From the NCBI GenBank assembly GCA_036172245.1, contig JAYWIR010000037.1:372001-436000 (forward strand): a stretch of 64,000 nt of DNA, written 5' to 3'. The notes beneath the pieces were generated by a model. That model did no database searches, had not been told where the DNA came from, and was given only the letters and a program-made list of their open reading frames with translations. The DNA is from Raillietiella orientalis (Eukaryota). This document shows, piece after piece, positions 40,481-52,500 of this stretch; position 1 is the stretch's first letter, and every line of letters starts with the position of its first letter. The translations under genes were made by a program, and so were the position numbers.

Positions 40481-40483
<3 letters not shown>

Positions 40484-40555
<72 letters not shown>
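40484..40555. repeat. (GA)n microsatellite, ~36 units, just past the putative ABCG poly(A) signal
   Basis: Perfect GA run. Minus-strand AATAAA at 40598-40603. Confidence 0.97.
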
Positions 40556-40559
<4 letters not shown>

Positions 40560-40678
40560 CAAAGAAGAAGAAGAAGAAAAACACCCTTCAGCAAGTTTTT
40601 ATTTCTTGCGTCGTCATCGTCGTCGTTACAGGCTCCGCGTGGGGCCTGAATAACGTTCGGAAGGTGGGCGGAGGCCCG

Positions 40679-43585
40679 TCAGCTCTGTTGCCTCAGCTTC
40701 CACCGCAGCACGAAGTAGCCGAGGACCCTGAGGGCGAGGAACATGACCACGAGGGCTAGGAGGTCGACATAGAAGGTCGCGTCGACGATGTCCAGCTCGC
40801 TGAGGAAGTCTTCCGGGTTGGTGAAGAGGCAGAAGATGTTGTGGCAGTCGAGATGCGGCCGGTCGTAGCCGTAGATGGCCAACATAGTGCCCTCGTAGGC
40901 GTACCGGACGTAGGACACGTAGGTGAACCATCTCATGAACGGGGGGATCGTGTCGAAGGTCACGAAGAACCCGGAGAACAGGAGCAGGGGGATGGAGATG
41001 ATGGGACCGAGGAAGATGGCGATCTCGCTGGAGGACGCGGACCCGATGACCAGGCCGACGCTCTGGGAGACCAGCGACGTCATCACGCACATGGACAGGA
41101 CCATGAAGAAGCGGACGGCATCTAAGGGCTGCTGGGTCATGAAGTACACGACCACCAGGTAGAGTATGGGGAAGGCCACTTGGAAAGGCAGGTCGGCGAC
41201 CGTCTTCGCCAGGTAGTACGACTTCAGGGAGTACCAGTGGTTCAGGTGTTCCCTCCGGAAGACCGTCCTCTCGAACGGAACTGGAAGGGAAAGACGGAAA
41301 GCTGGAGGAAAGGCGGGTCCCGAAGGCGGAGCGACTTACAAGTGAGGATCGTGGGCAGCATAGCGGTGAACAGGAGGAACAGCAGGCTGAAGAACAGGAA
41401 GCCGGCGTTGCTGACGACCTTGGAGGCGTCGTTGCCGATCTGCCAGTACAGCAGGCCGATGAGGAGGCTGACGAACACGTGGGAGACCAGCCGAAGGCCG
41501 GTGAGCATCTGCCGGGAGCACGGAGGGGGGGAGGGAGAGGGGTTCCGCCCTCTGGAGGGGAGGAGGCGGTCGGGGACTGCCTACCCTGTCTCTCAGGATG
41601 GACAAGAAGTTCCGCAAGAAGAGCACGCGGAACTGCGTCCAGAAGCCAGCGGCGAAGTCCCCCTCGTTTGCGGCGGCGTCCTCCTCGGCGTCCTCGGTCA
41701 GCAGGAAGCAGGTGGACATAGCGTTCTCGTCCCGGTGGGAGTAGCGGACCAGGCCGTTGGCAGCGGCAGCGGCGGACAGGGGCTTGCGGTCCTCCAGGAA
41801 AGCGCGGCTCCCGTTGGAGACCGACTCCACCAGTCTTGCGGAGTGGTCACCGTGCTCGCCCACGGCCACCTCCATCACTGTGGGGAAAGTGGTGGCATTC
41901 CCGGATGGTCTCGGGAGGGAGGGAAGGGAGAGTCTGCGGACTCACCGTAATCCGCGGGGTTGTGGTACTCCGGGCAGACGAGCTGGTGCCTCTGTAGGAA
42001 CGGGATGAGGGATCCGGGCTGCCCGCTGTACAGGCAGCGCCCCTGCGCCAGAATGTACAGCCAGTCGAACTTCTCGAAGATGCGGGCGCTGGGCTGGTGG
42101 ATGGTGCAGATGATGGTGCGGCCCCCAGAGGCGAGGAGCTTGAGCAGGGTGATGACCTGGTAGCACGAGTTGCTGTCCAGGCCGCTGCGGGGGAGGGGGT
42201 CCTTTCGGAAGGGTCGGAGAGAGGGGCGGGGGCGAGCAGAGAGGAGGAGGAGGAAGAGGGTGTGCGACCGCGCAGCGCGCGAGCAGCGGCGGCGGCGACG
42301 TCGGCGGGCGTGAGGGAGCGAACGGGCGGCGGACTGACCTGGTGGGTTCGTCGAAGAACATGACCGGCGGGTTGTTGATCAGCTCCAGGGCGATGGACAC
42401 GCGCTTCTTCTGGCCCCCGGACAGCTTCGAGATCCTCTGCGGGCAGCACTCGCGTAGCCCCAGGATGCCGAGGATGTCCGCCACCTGCAGCACGGACGGG
42501 GGAGGAGCAGAGAGAGAGGAAGACAGAAAAAAAAAGACGCTCCAGATTCATCCTTTCCAGAAGGGGGAGGGAGGCAATCGCGCGCGCCCTTACGACATCC
42601 TTCTTGCACTCCTGGCAGGATCTGGCTCCGAGCTTCAGGTTCGCAGCGACCATCATCAGCTCCTGGACGCTGAGGTGGGAGGACAGGCAATCCTCCTGCA
42701 TGATGTAGCAGGAGCGCTTCCGGAAGTCCCTGCGCACCCGGGACTTCCCGTTGACGAGGATCTCTCCGCGGACGCCGGAGTTTCTGGAAGGGAAGAAGGG
42801 GAGGAAGGAGGAAGAGAGGGGGGAGGCAAATGCTCACTTGTATCCCGCTAGGACATTCAGCAGAGTGCTCTTTCCCGCCCCGGAGGGCCCAAGGATGGCG
42901 GTCAGCTGGCCAGACAACACCTGGCCGTGGATATCCTTAAGGATCGTCTTCTCCTCTGGGAGGAGGATGAGCGTCCGTAGGGGAGGAAAGAGAATGGGCC
43001 GACCAGAGACTTACCTTTCTTCCCGGTCTTGACAGAATAGGACAAGCGAGAGAAGTGGATGTCGCACGTGGAGCGCCTGGGCACGTTCCAGATCTGGGAG
43101 CTGCCGCCCATCTGGGAGTGCCTCTGGCACTGCCTATGGGGGGGAGTCTTATCGGAGGAGCAGCTCCTGGAAGGAGAGAAGGGAAAAGGAGGGAGAGAAC
43201 GAAGGACGGAGGGCACGACGGGAGGGAAGGAGATCGGTCTCGCGGGTGGCAGACGGAAAGCGGGGCAGCTTCCCCTCCTCTTCCCCCCCCCCCCAATAAC
43301 GCGCGCTTCCGCAGATTCCCAATGCCTCTATCCTCTGCTGCTGCTCCCGGGAAGGTGCGGGTGGGTTGGGAGGCGGAGGGCGCTTCCGGGATCTTACCTG
43401 GAATTCCCGTTGCTGACCACGTCGGGCGTCCCCGGGCTCAGGACGGCGACGACCTTGTGGGAGCCGGGAGGGGCCTCGGGCTCGGGGTGCGGTGGCCCCA
43501 CGTGGATGGACAATAGCTGCACGGGCTTCTGGATGGCGAGCGCATCCTTCCCTCCCTGCTTCCACGATCCCGAAAGGCCGAACAT
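40679..43585 (-). CDS. ABC transporter subfamily G half-transporter (ABCG1/ABCG4/white-like), ~698 aa
   Basis: Exons 43585-43398, 43166-43015, 42955-42838, 42783-42594, 42484-42339, 42184-41946, 41877-41585, 41508-41340, 41280-40679. Walker A GPSGAGKS, signature [15 protein letters not shown], Walker B FFDEPTSGLDS, H-loop CTIHQPS, HNPADY and TM domain ...[10 protein letters not shown]...LFSGFF. The start codon is uncertain. Confidence 0.95.
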
Positions 43586-46249
43586 CCCCTCGGCTCCTGT
43601 CTGTGGGCTGTTGTGGGTCCACCTACTCTTGGCGGCGGAGCGGGACGCTGTGCTTCCACGACGACAACGCCTCCCCGCACGGGATGTCGAACGACTGCAC
43701 CACCGCCGCCGCCGCAGCCGCCGCCGCTGCTTGCGGGAATCGGAACCGCGCGAAAGGGAAAGACGGGGGTGCGAGCGAGGGGGAAAGGGGGGGAGGGGGA
43801 AGGGGGAAAGGGGGGGGAGGGGGAATCCTCGGAACGAAAGGGTCGGAAAGTTCCCCTCAGGGCACAGCACGTGAATGACCTTGACCTTCTGCTGATACAC
43901 TGTCACTAGCGCGGCAGTGTCAGTTCGGCAACTCACCTGCCTTTCCTTTGCGCCGAGCCAGTTCTCGCAAGGGGGGTGGGGGTGGGCGGCGGGGCACCCT
44001 ACTGTCCTTGCTGGGGGGCGCGCAAACCAACGGCAAAGGGCAGTCAGTGGCAGCAATAAACAACGGGGGCGGCCGTCTCAGCGCGCACGACAGGCGTGCG
44101 CAGGCGCGCCTACGCCACTTGCCAAGGAGCGAGCGCCAAGACCTGCGGTTAGTGCCGACGCGCAGGCGCGTGGGGAACGAAGGGTGAGCTTCCCGCCGCC
44201 GCCGCCGCCGCCGCCGCCGCTGCCTCCTGTGGAAGTGCAGGAGGATGGGGGACGGAGCGGGGGATGGGGGGTGCGTCCACCCGTTCCCGTCGCAGGCGCC
44301 GTCTTTGAGCCGGGGAGGCGGGCGGCAGGAGCGGCAGAGGGAGAGGTGGAAGGGAAAGGCGCGCGCGCACCCCTCCGGCCTCCCCCGCCCCGGGCGCCCA
44401 GCCCCGCTTCCTCCCCCGAACAAAAGAAGGGCGGAGCTCGTTGGTTGCCCTCGCCCGCCTCCGCCTCCTTGCAGGTCAGCAGACTTTTACCCTAGCGAAA
44501 TGGGGCCCGCCGAGCTGACTTTCCCGGGAGAAAGTTCCCCCTGTCGTCCCGCTAGGCCCCATTTCACCTCTGGGATGCCTGAGCAGGGGGCTTTGGCGGC
44601 CCGGATTCCCCCTGCTCCGAGCACGCACCTATACCCACGCGCCTCCCTCCTTCCCATCGGCATGCAGCTCCTCGCTCCTCCGGGACGTCACTCGTGGAGC
44701 TCCCTTCTGTGGAGCGCACGTGCGCTATGCCCTACTCCCGAAGAGTCCTCTATGCTCCCGGAAGCGGCCGGCGGTGTCCCCAGAAGCTCTTCGAACGTCC
44801 GAGTCATGAGCGGAGGGGGGGGTTCGTGCAAGTCTCGCCGCCCGGGAGACGAGACGGTCCTCCGCATCTGCGGCGTTGCTAGGGAACGAAGCCTGCAGGA
44901 TCGGGCAGAGAGGTGAGGGAGGAAGGTAACGTGGCAGAGGGACGGGAGACTTTTCGAGGGCAGTCGGACGGGGGACTAGGTGGTCAGCGACTTTTTCTGA
45001 GACTCCTGGACGTCCCTGATTGAAGACAAAGGCATCGATACTGGCGGGAACCAAGACCTCCGGGGTGCGAGCGACGAGGAGGCAGGGAGGACAGGGGGTT
45101 CTGCCCTTGGGCTAATCGAGCGAAGGCCCCGCGTGGGCAAGTCCTCACAGTCTCGACGAAGCTCACGGGGCCCGCGTAGCAAAGTGTCCCGCTCTCTGGC
45201 GCCTAGAGGCATTCCCCAGTCCATCTTCGCCCCACCCGCCCCTTCCTTTTCTCCGAGATTCATCGACCGGCGAGCGTCACTCTGGGGGGAGGAGGAAGGT
45301 GGGAGGGAATTCTTTGTGAGAGAGCCCACTCTGCCATCTCGCGGAAGGCTCACAAACCACAGAGATGGAGAGTCTTTCGTTACGACTCCAGGGAATAACT
45401 TCCAGACTTCCAGACTGATCCCGTTCCCGAAGATCCTGGGATGATACATCCTCGAGATTGATCTCCTGTTCGCTCACCCGACCTCAACTAGCCTGAAGGC
45501 TGTCTCTCAGCAGGAGGACTCTTCTAGGCGACAGGTTAATTCTGCTACTGCTATTCGTCTGCGTCGGACTCCTGTCCCCGTTGTCATGGCCGGTTTGTCT
45601 CGTGCTCTTGGTCCCTCCAGGAAATGAATGTGCAAGGCAGAGGGGGAAAAAGGGAGGTTACTCTGCAAGTGGCGCGCAACAACTCTCCTTCTCGCCCTTC
45701 GGGAACTTTCGGAACCTTTCTTCGGTCCCCTCAGCTATCCCGCTTGGAGTCACCTAGATCCCTTCTTAATGACGCTGTCCCCCTCATCCTATTGGATCTT
45801 GGAGGAAAAAAGAAAAAGAAAAGAACAAGGAGGACAGAAGGAGCGCTTTCTCCGGAAGGGCGAACCACCGATAAAACCCGCTTTCTGTTCCCTTCCCTTC
45901 CGTTTCGTGATGCTGGGTTCTCAGACCTGCTTGAAGGGAACGATGATACGCAAGTCGCATCGTTTCCCCTTTCGCAAACCCGTAGGGGTGTCCTCGAAGG
46001 GAGCCTACAGAAGAAATGGAGAGGGGGGAGGGAACAAGGGACTACCGAAAGCGCGTCCCAAACTTCACGCCATCTCTTGCACCACATGAGATAAAAACTC
46101 GAAACGCGCCCAACCCTTCCCTTCCACTCCATTCCCGCTTTACTGCAGTCCAAGCGTAAGCACACCCGGCCCATGTTGCTATGTAAACTCCGAAAAATCT
46201 TTTAAAGGAATCAAATATAATTCGAATTCCGTTGATGGGGACGTCTAAA

Positions 46250-49200
46250 CGGGTCTATGGACGAATGATGATTCCACCGCGCCTACGCAAGGCTGACGAA
46301 CAGAACCGATGGCCTCATGTCCGCCATAGAGCTCAGCGGGCGACTGGAAGAATGCGGACCCGATATGGCCGAGATCGTCGTCTCCTGAGGACCTTGCACT
46401 TGGAGATCGTTCCCAGAAGCAAACAGTTCTGGGACAAGGAACTTGCTAAGGTGATACCTCTGTTCATCAGCGTCCCGTGGGATAAGGAAGTCTGGATCCA
46501 CAAAAACAGGAAGAAGGCTTCGAATGATTGCAATCGACTGTCGAATAGCGTGGTCATCCATGCGCGGCGAGTCCTCGTACACAAAAGGTATAACAAGGGG
46601 GGGGAGGTATAACCCAAAGGACTCGCGAGCTTTGGCAAGACCAAGGCGCGCAGTGGTCCAGGGTGAACCCTCAGACAAACAACCTCAAGATGACAGGACA
46701 AGTAACCCAACGGAATCAACGAAAAGGATGAGAAGCAGGCTAGCGAATGCCGCCCTCGACCAACAGGCGATCGGGACGGTCCTGTGGAGAACCTCCTTGC
46801 CGCCGCACATTCAGGGTTGCCTCCTGGTGTTCTACCACGGAGGCATCCTGTGCGGCACAAGACTCCAGCACTGAACCGCGAACCTCGCCGACGGCCAGTG
46901 CCCTGCGTGCGGGTCGATCAAGGATGAGCGCCACGTCCCCACCTGCCTCACCCTTGTCCAGGATTGGAGAGTGGTGAGGCGAGCAATCGGGATGTTCTGT
47001 TCAAAGGAGAAGACGGCGTACCCCGCCACAACCTCACCATGCGGGTGGTCGTTGCGTTCTTCCCGAGGAGCATCCCCATCGGTAGGACGAAACTGACGTG
47101 GACACCATCCGAGCAACGCCCGGAACATCTTACAAGGACTGTCGAAAGGAGGAATCACCGTTCGCTCATGCGGGAGCGTACCTTCCCGGACTCCTGCACT
47201 GCCTAAGAATAGTAAACTGCGAGATCAGGACGGACAGAATGGCCTCACCCACGCGGCCCCAGTGACTAGCAAGCGACCCAGCGGTCGCGGAAGTGATGGT
47301 GCGCGATGTGTATGATTCTGAAACACATTCACCCCACCGCGAGTCGGACTAGGGAAAGGACGAATTGTAGGGTCCGCTTCCTAACGGAAGCCAGGAACAA
47401 CCCAAAGTTGGCAAAAGCAGCACCTACCGCGGTGGAGTATTGTAAACAGGAAAATCCCGCCTGTCACTTCGGAGGGAAGAGGAAGGACCGCTGAGGAGGG
47501 GGGAGCAAAACATGGCGGCGGACGAGTGGACGACATGGAAGGGTCGCGGCAAGCAAGGCACCCCGCGTCCCTGATAACCGGAGAGTCCGTAGCAATCACG
47601 GCTCATGGTACAATTTCCGGAATCGGAGTACCTGTGAAGGCGGCCCCACGAAGGACCTTGGTACGGAAGCGACTTTCGTCACCTTCCCCATCTTGGATGC
47701 CCTCAACAGGAACGCGGCGGGGTGACATCCGCCTAGCGATTTACCGGAAAAGAATCGACTTTCACCGGATCCAAGAGATCGTCCCGTCCGATGTGGGCAG
47801 ATCTTCCGCCTACACCGACTGCCCAGCCGCCATCGACGACCTCGTCGACAATGGGTTCGTGTGGAAAAGCGGCAGAAACCTTCATGGAGTTCCCGAACGC
47901 GCAACGATGACGGCGCACCTTTCCGGCATATAGAGGTGCGCACAGACAGGAGCACTACAGAGACAGCACGCTAGCCAATTGGGCGGGGTCGTCCTCCTCC
48001 AGGAGAAGGCACATCGGAAGGGCTGCTTTGGCGGCACCAGGCCCTCTGAAACTGCGCATACAAAATGGTACCGGGATGCCCTTCCCCTGGTGCACCTCGA
48101 CGGGCATTCCGAAAAGAATCTCAAGTCGCCCGCCTACAAGGAGCAGCCCGACTTCTGCCGTCTCACATGGCGTTCGGGCACCGGACCGCAACGGACTCCA
48201 GCAGGAAGCTTGGCTCAATCACCCCGGTGACGGTGGAGTGCGTCCAAGCCGGAGCGCCGACACTCCTGCAGGGCCGCGAGCCACAAGCGTGGGGGCTCCG
48301 ACGAGTCCAAGGAAAAGCTGAAGTCCCTCCCTGACCCACGAACAGGCTCCCGGATACCCCACCGCCTATCGAACCAGATGACCGTCCCCACTCCCCCGCT
48401 CCAGTTCCGATCGCGGTTCCTAGGTGAAGGTCTTTCCCGAATAAGAAGGCCAGGAACAAAGTCCTGGACGCTTACTGCCCCCGAGGTCCGGGAAAACACC
48501 TCCAAGGAAGCGGACACCATGGAGACCGCAGTGGACTTCACCTCACTGCAGCAAGCCTCTTGGCACAGCCACCCCACCTCCTCGCTGGGGTCGTGCCTTC
48601 CGGCGTGGCTCCCCTGGCCATCCTCAGGAGTCCGCGCGGACACATTCCAAATCCGCTGTGAGGAGAGCAAAGGCTCTGGGGAGTTGTCTCACGGGTTGCG
48701 CTTTCCGCTCTTGGCCTGTCTTCGACGGGAAGACCCTACGGCCGCTTCCCGGAAAATTCCGGCGTTGAGGGGGGGGGGGAGGAGATCTTCTCGCCCCGAT
48801 TCTTGGACGGCCGGAGCACCCCTCCACAGAGCAATACCTGTCATTCTCCGGGACGGGAAGGTCGCAGTAGTCCCGAGACCTCAGGAAGGAGCGGACGCCA
48901 TTCCCCTTCTCTGCTCCCAGGCCACCGCAGGTTGCAATCCCCTCGGTGGTAGATCCGCGTGGAGATTGCTGTATCCGTGCTCCGAAGGCTTCCAGCTCCT
49001 TGCCCCGAGGCGATATCTGCGGACCAGGTACGCCATGGTCTGGAGCCGCGTCCGGTAGTGTCAACAACCTACGACTGCCTCCCCAGCCGGCTAGGATCGC
49101 GACGTCGGAGATGGCGCTCTCAGTCCGCCGGGCTTTCGCCGAATGGGGTCCGTCGCCACTTTCCGCCCGGGGCGAAGGATCATTCGTCGCTCTTTCTCCT

Positions 49201-49500
49201 TCGGGAACCTTAGGGTCTGCCACTTCCGACGATCTGCAAGGCTGCTGCGCCAGAGAGAACGCCGCCGCGCACAAGGTCGAATTTCCGCCATTTTCAAAGG
49301 ACTCGATCGCCACTTGCAAGAGGTGCGCGCCTTCATCCGCGGGCCTTCCTCGCAGCACGGCCGTTCGTTTCCTTCCCCAAACTACGTCCGCCTGCCCAGT
49401 GAATTCGTCAGCTGCCTCCCCCCAGTACTGCAGCCCTGCAGCTCCCGCTCTTTGTTTGCAAATCTTCGCTTTCATTCCCGCTCCCTCTCCCTTCCGATGG
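46250..49500 (-). mobile_element. Degenerate Ty3/Gypsy LTR retrotransposon internal region (gag-RT-RNaseH-integrase)
   Basis: Minus-strand fragments in Gypsy order: gag-like (~49450-48900), FSECPSRCT..PPKQPFR (~48100), RT-like SAPV...FPHEPIVDEVVD (~47900), FRALLGW (RSFLG-like, ~47120) and integrase-like GTLMNRG..S / RSRPY (SDxG / TxPYHP-like, ~46500-46350). Many frameshifts; no LTR pair identified. Confidence 0.65.
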
Positions 49501-52500
49501 CGACGTCGAAAAAAACGAAAGGAAAAACTGACGTTCTGTGAGAAGTCAAACCTCCCCATTTATTGGAACCGGTTCCAAGCTCCTTGGAACCGTAAAGTGT
49601 GGGTGCTCGAATTTGGCGATTGACTTCAGAGTGATTAGGTGATAAGGTGCTGCTCTCCGAGTGTACGGATGTTGGCATGCCACACTGAATTCCTCGCAGA
49701 TTCAGGGTGACCACAGGTTATTTTGGGTGTGAACCGACGATGTGTCTCCATTGCCGACAAAATTCCAAACGGCGAAATGCCTACAGGAAAGATGGCGGGA
49801 AGGGGGGGGGGAGGGGAAAGAAACGTTCAGGGAGAGGAAACTTTAGAACCACGATTTATAGGGCGGATTACTCCTCCTTCAGGATTTTCAGCTTCCGAAT
49901 TTCAGCTCTGTCCCGGATCTGACGTCCGTAGTGCTACCTTGTCGTTGAAAAATACCAGGCTGGACAAATCCGCCAAAATAAACTCATCCGTGCAAATTTG
50001 TCATAACGGAGAGGAAACCGTGGAATGCATCTTGGAGTCGTAGTCTCTTCAGCCCTGTATACGGCATGATTACTTGGAGGAGTCGGGAACATTCCTAGTT
50101 ACATGGTTGTTTATACCTGGGACGAAAATAACGGAAAAATATTTACAGTGCAAACTTGCATTGCCTTTGGCTATCTAATGATAGCATTTCGTTCCGAATC
50201 ATTCTGGGGCACGTTCTCTCCTCAGCACACCGAGTGCACGTTTTCCCATCAGCCTTCGAAACGCGGTGTTTGTCGTGCGGACACCTCCAAGAGTTTCCCT
50301 TGAAAATCATCAGATTTTTTTTTTCTCCTCCTCCTTCGAAGATTCCCTGTCAGATTTCTACATGCGCCTGCGGGCATCGAAATATCTCTCTTCTCGCATG
50401 ATGCCGCATCCGCATATCAAGGAATCACCATGTCATTTGCCACGTAGACCTCTCGTTCCCCGAAGATCATCCTCTCCTTTCTATAGCTACGCCCTTTGGC
50501 ATGTGCTTACTCAACGCCACGGTGCTCTCGTCATTCCACCGTTTCCATGTCGCGTGTCTTCTTCATCACACACAAATTTTCCACGTCTTCATCTTGCGGT
50601 CTGACGACGGTGGTGCCGAGGCAAAAGGTTGCCATTTACCGTGCTTTCCGGATCAAGGAAGGAGGACACACGGACGGCAATGCCTTTTCACTTCCCGACC
50701 GGCGCCACCACCCTCTCTGCTGCGAGAAAAACCCAGAAGAAGATCCGAGAGTAGAGAGTCCCCATTAATGAAGGAAAAAACTGAACGACCATTATTTTTC
50801 CTTTCGGAAGCGACGTGCGTGAGAGCGGCTCGCAAACACACGCGGGCTGCCATGTTTGGCTCGGCTCGCAGCGCCATCGTTGGTCGCGGACGCTAACTTC
50901 TACGCCCTGGACTCGCCTCCCGGAGGCGCAAGAAATGCCCTCCTTCCCCGCTGCTTGCCGTTGGATCCCTTTGACATTTGCCACCAAACTGTCGATTAGC
51001 GCTGCTGTTCGCCGGGATCGCGAAAAGGCAAATTTGCAGATCCACTTGGAAATCCTTCTTCCACGTCTTATTCGTGAGCTGGACAGGAACGGAGCGGAAG
51101 GAAGTGACTCTCTCACACTGAGATGCCAGTTCGAAAGAAGAATCCGGAAGGAAGAGGCGGGAGCTGTCCGTTTACGACTGGCACGTGCAGCTGGACGTTG
51201 CGCAAAACGCGGGAGACGCTGCCCCGCGTAGCTGCGCAGCGTCTCCCAATTTTTTTTTTCCTCTTCCAGATGGCGTAGACGGCTCTGCTCCCTTGGAATG
51301 CAGGCGCGTTTGATTCCCGACTCCCTATTCCCATTCCCTTGAATTTTTCGATTCCTCAGGAAGATCGCCTCTTTGGGCGCGTAAGATTCAAGCTGCGCAA
51401 CGCATCGTCCGCAGGTCTGCTGCCCTCGTGCCCGCCCTGCCTGCCCTCCTCTTCGTTCCACGACCGTGCTTCTTGCAAGCGGACCGTGCAAGCGAAGCGT
51501 TCACGTGCGCTTCTTTCCCGTCGTACTGAGAGTGCTCTTCCTTAGTGATGATGCGTGCTGCATTTTTTCCTCTTCAAGGAGCCGCCACGGAAGTTACTTA
51601 TACGTTTCGTCCTCTCATCGGCTTCCCGTGGCTTACTTCCGCGTGAGCTACGATGTCCTTGTTTTCCCGATCGGCCACGATTGCCCATTTCTCCTGGTGA
51701 GGATCAGGACTCCAGCGGTTCCCACGGCCTTCCGATCACCCTTTCCGGGTTCCAGGCGCTGGAAGAGAGAAACTCACCATCTCCAGCATGCCCGGCGGAC
51801 TAAGGCAGACCCGAAATTTTTCGGTGTCTGCTCCTCCAAGTGCGGAGGAAAAATTTCTCGCTCGTTGGGCCCCATGACCTCATCGGGAGCATCTTTTTCT
51901 CAAGATGATTGGCATGCCATGCGCATCTTTGATGAGCGGTGAATCGCAGCATCCGACGAAACGGTTGGGAAGAGGAGGACGAGGAGGAGGAGGTGGGGGG
52001 CAGGAGATATCAGTGCATTCATTTTGCCGGACGCTCTTTGGATTGCAGAAGCTTCCTCTCTGGTGCGAGACGGAAGGCAGCAGTAAAGACTGTTTTTGCG
52101 GCTGATGGGATGAATCTATTTGCTTGAAGATCTAAATAAATAAAAGGCTCCTGGAAGCTGGAGGGAAACGACCATATCCGGATCAAAGGGAAGGAGATCA
52201 ATGGTTGTCTTGCTTCCTGAGAGCTTCATCCACGTTCGAGTGAGGGAGTCACTGCTGCATGGGTCTGGAAAACCTACCCGGGAGCAAAGGGAGTGTCCAC
52301 GGAAAAATAAAATAAAATACAAAACAAGAACAAAAAAAGGTCTGCAAAATTTCCAGAGGAAGGTTCCTCCCAAGATCCACTGACAGTCTGTCCCGCCTGT
52401 CTTCCTCTTCTCTGAAAACACGAGAGTACGTATTTTCAGAGCAGCTAGCTCAAGGGTTCTCGACAAGATCGGAATTCCTTGAGCTGGGAGAGAACAGGAG

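Noticed and set aside
40067..40653. ORFs with (SL)n / (RE)n repeats
   Set aside because: Translations of the (GA)n microsatellite.
40841..43900. Plus-strand ORFs up to 271 aa over the ABCG gene
   Set aside because: Antisense shadows of GC3-rich coding exons.
48624..49623. 311-aa and 225-aa ORFs as host genes
   Set aside because: They lie within the decayed Gypsy gag region and are frameshifted relics or shadows.
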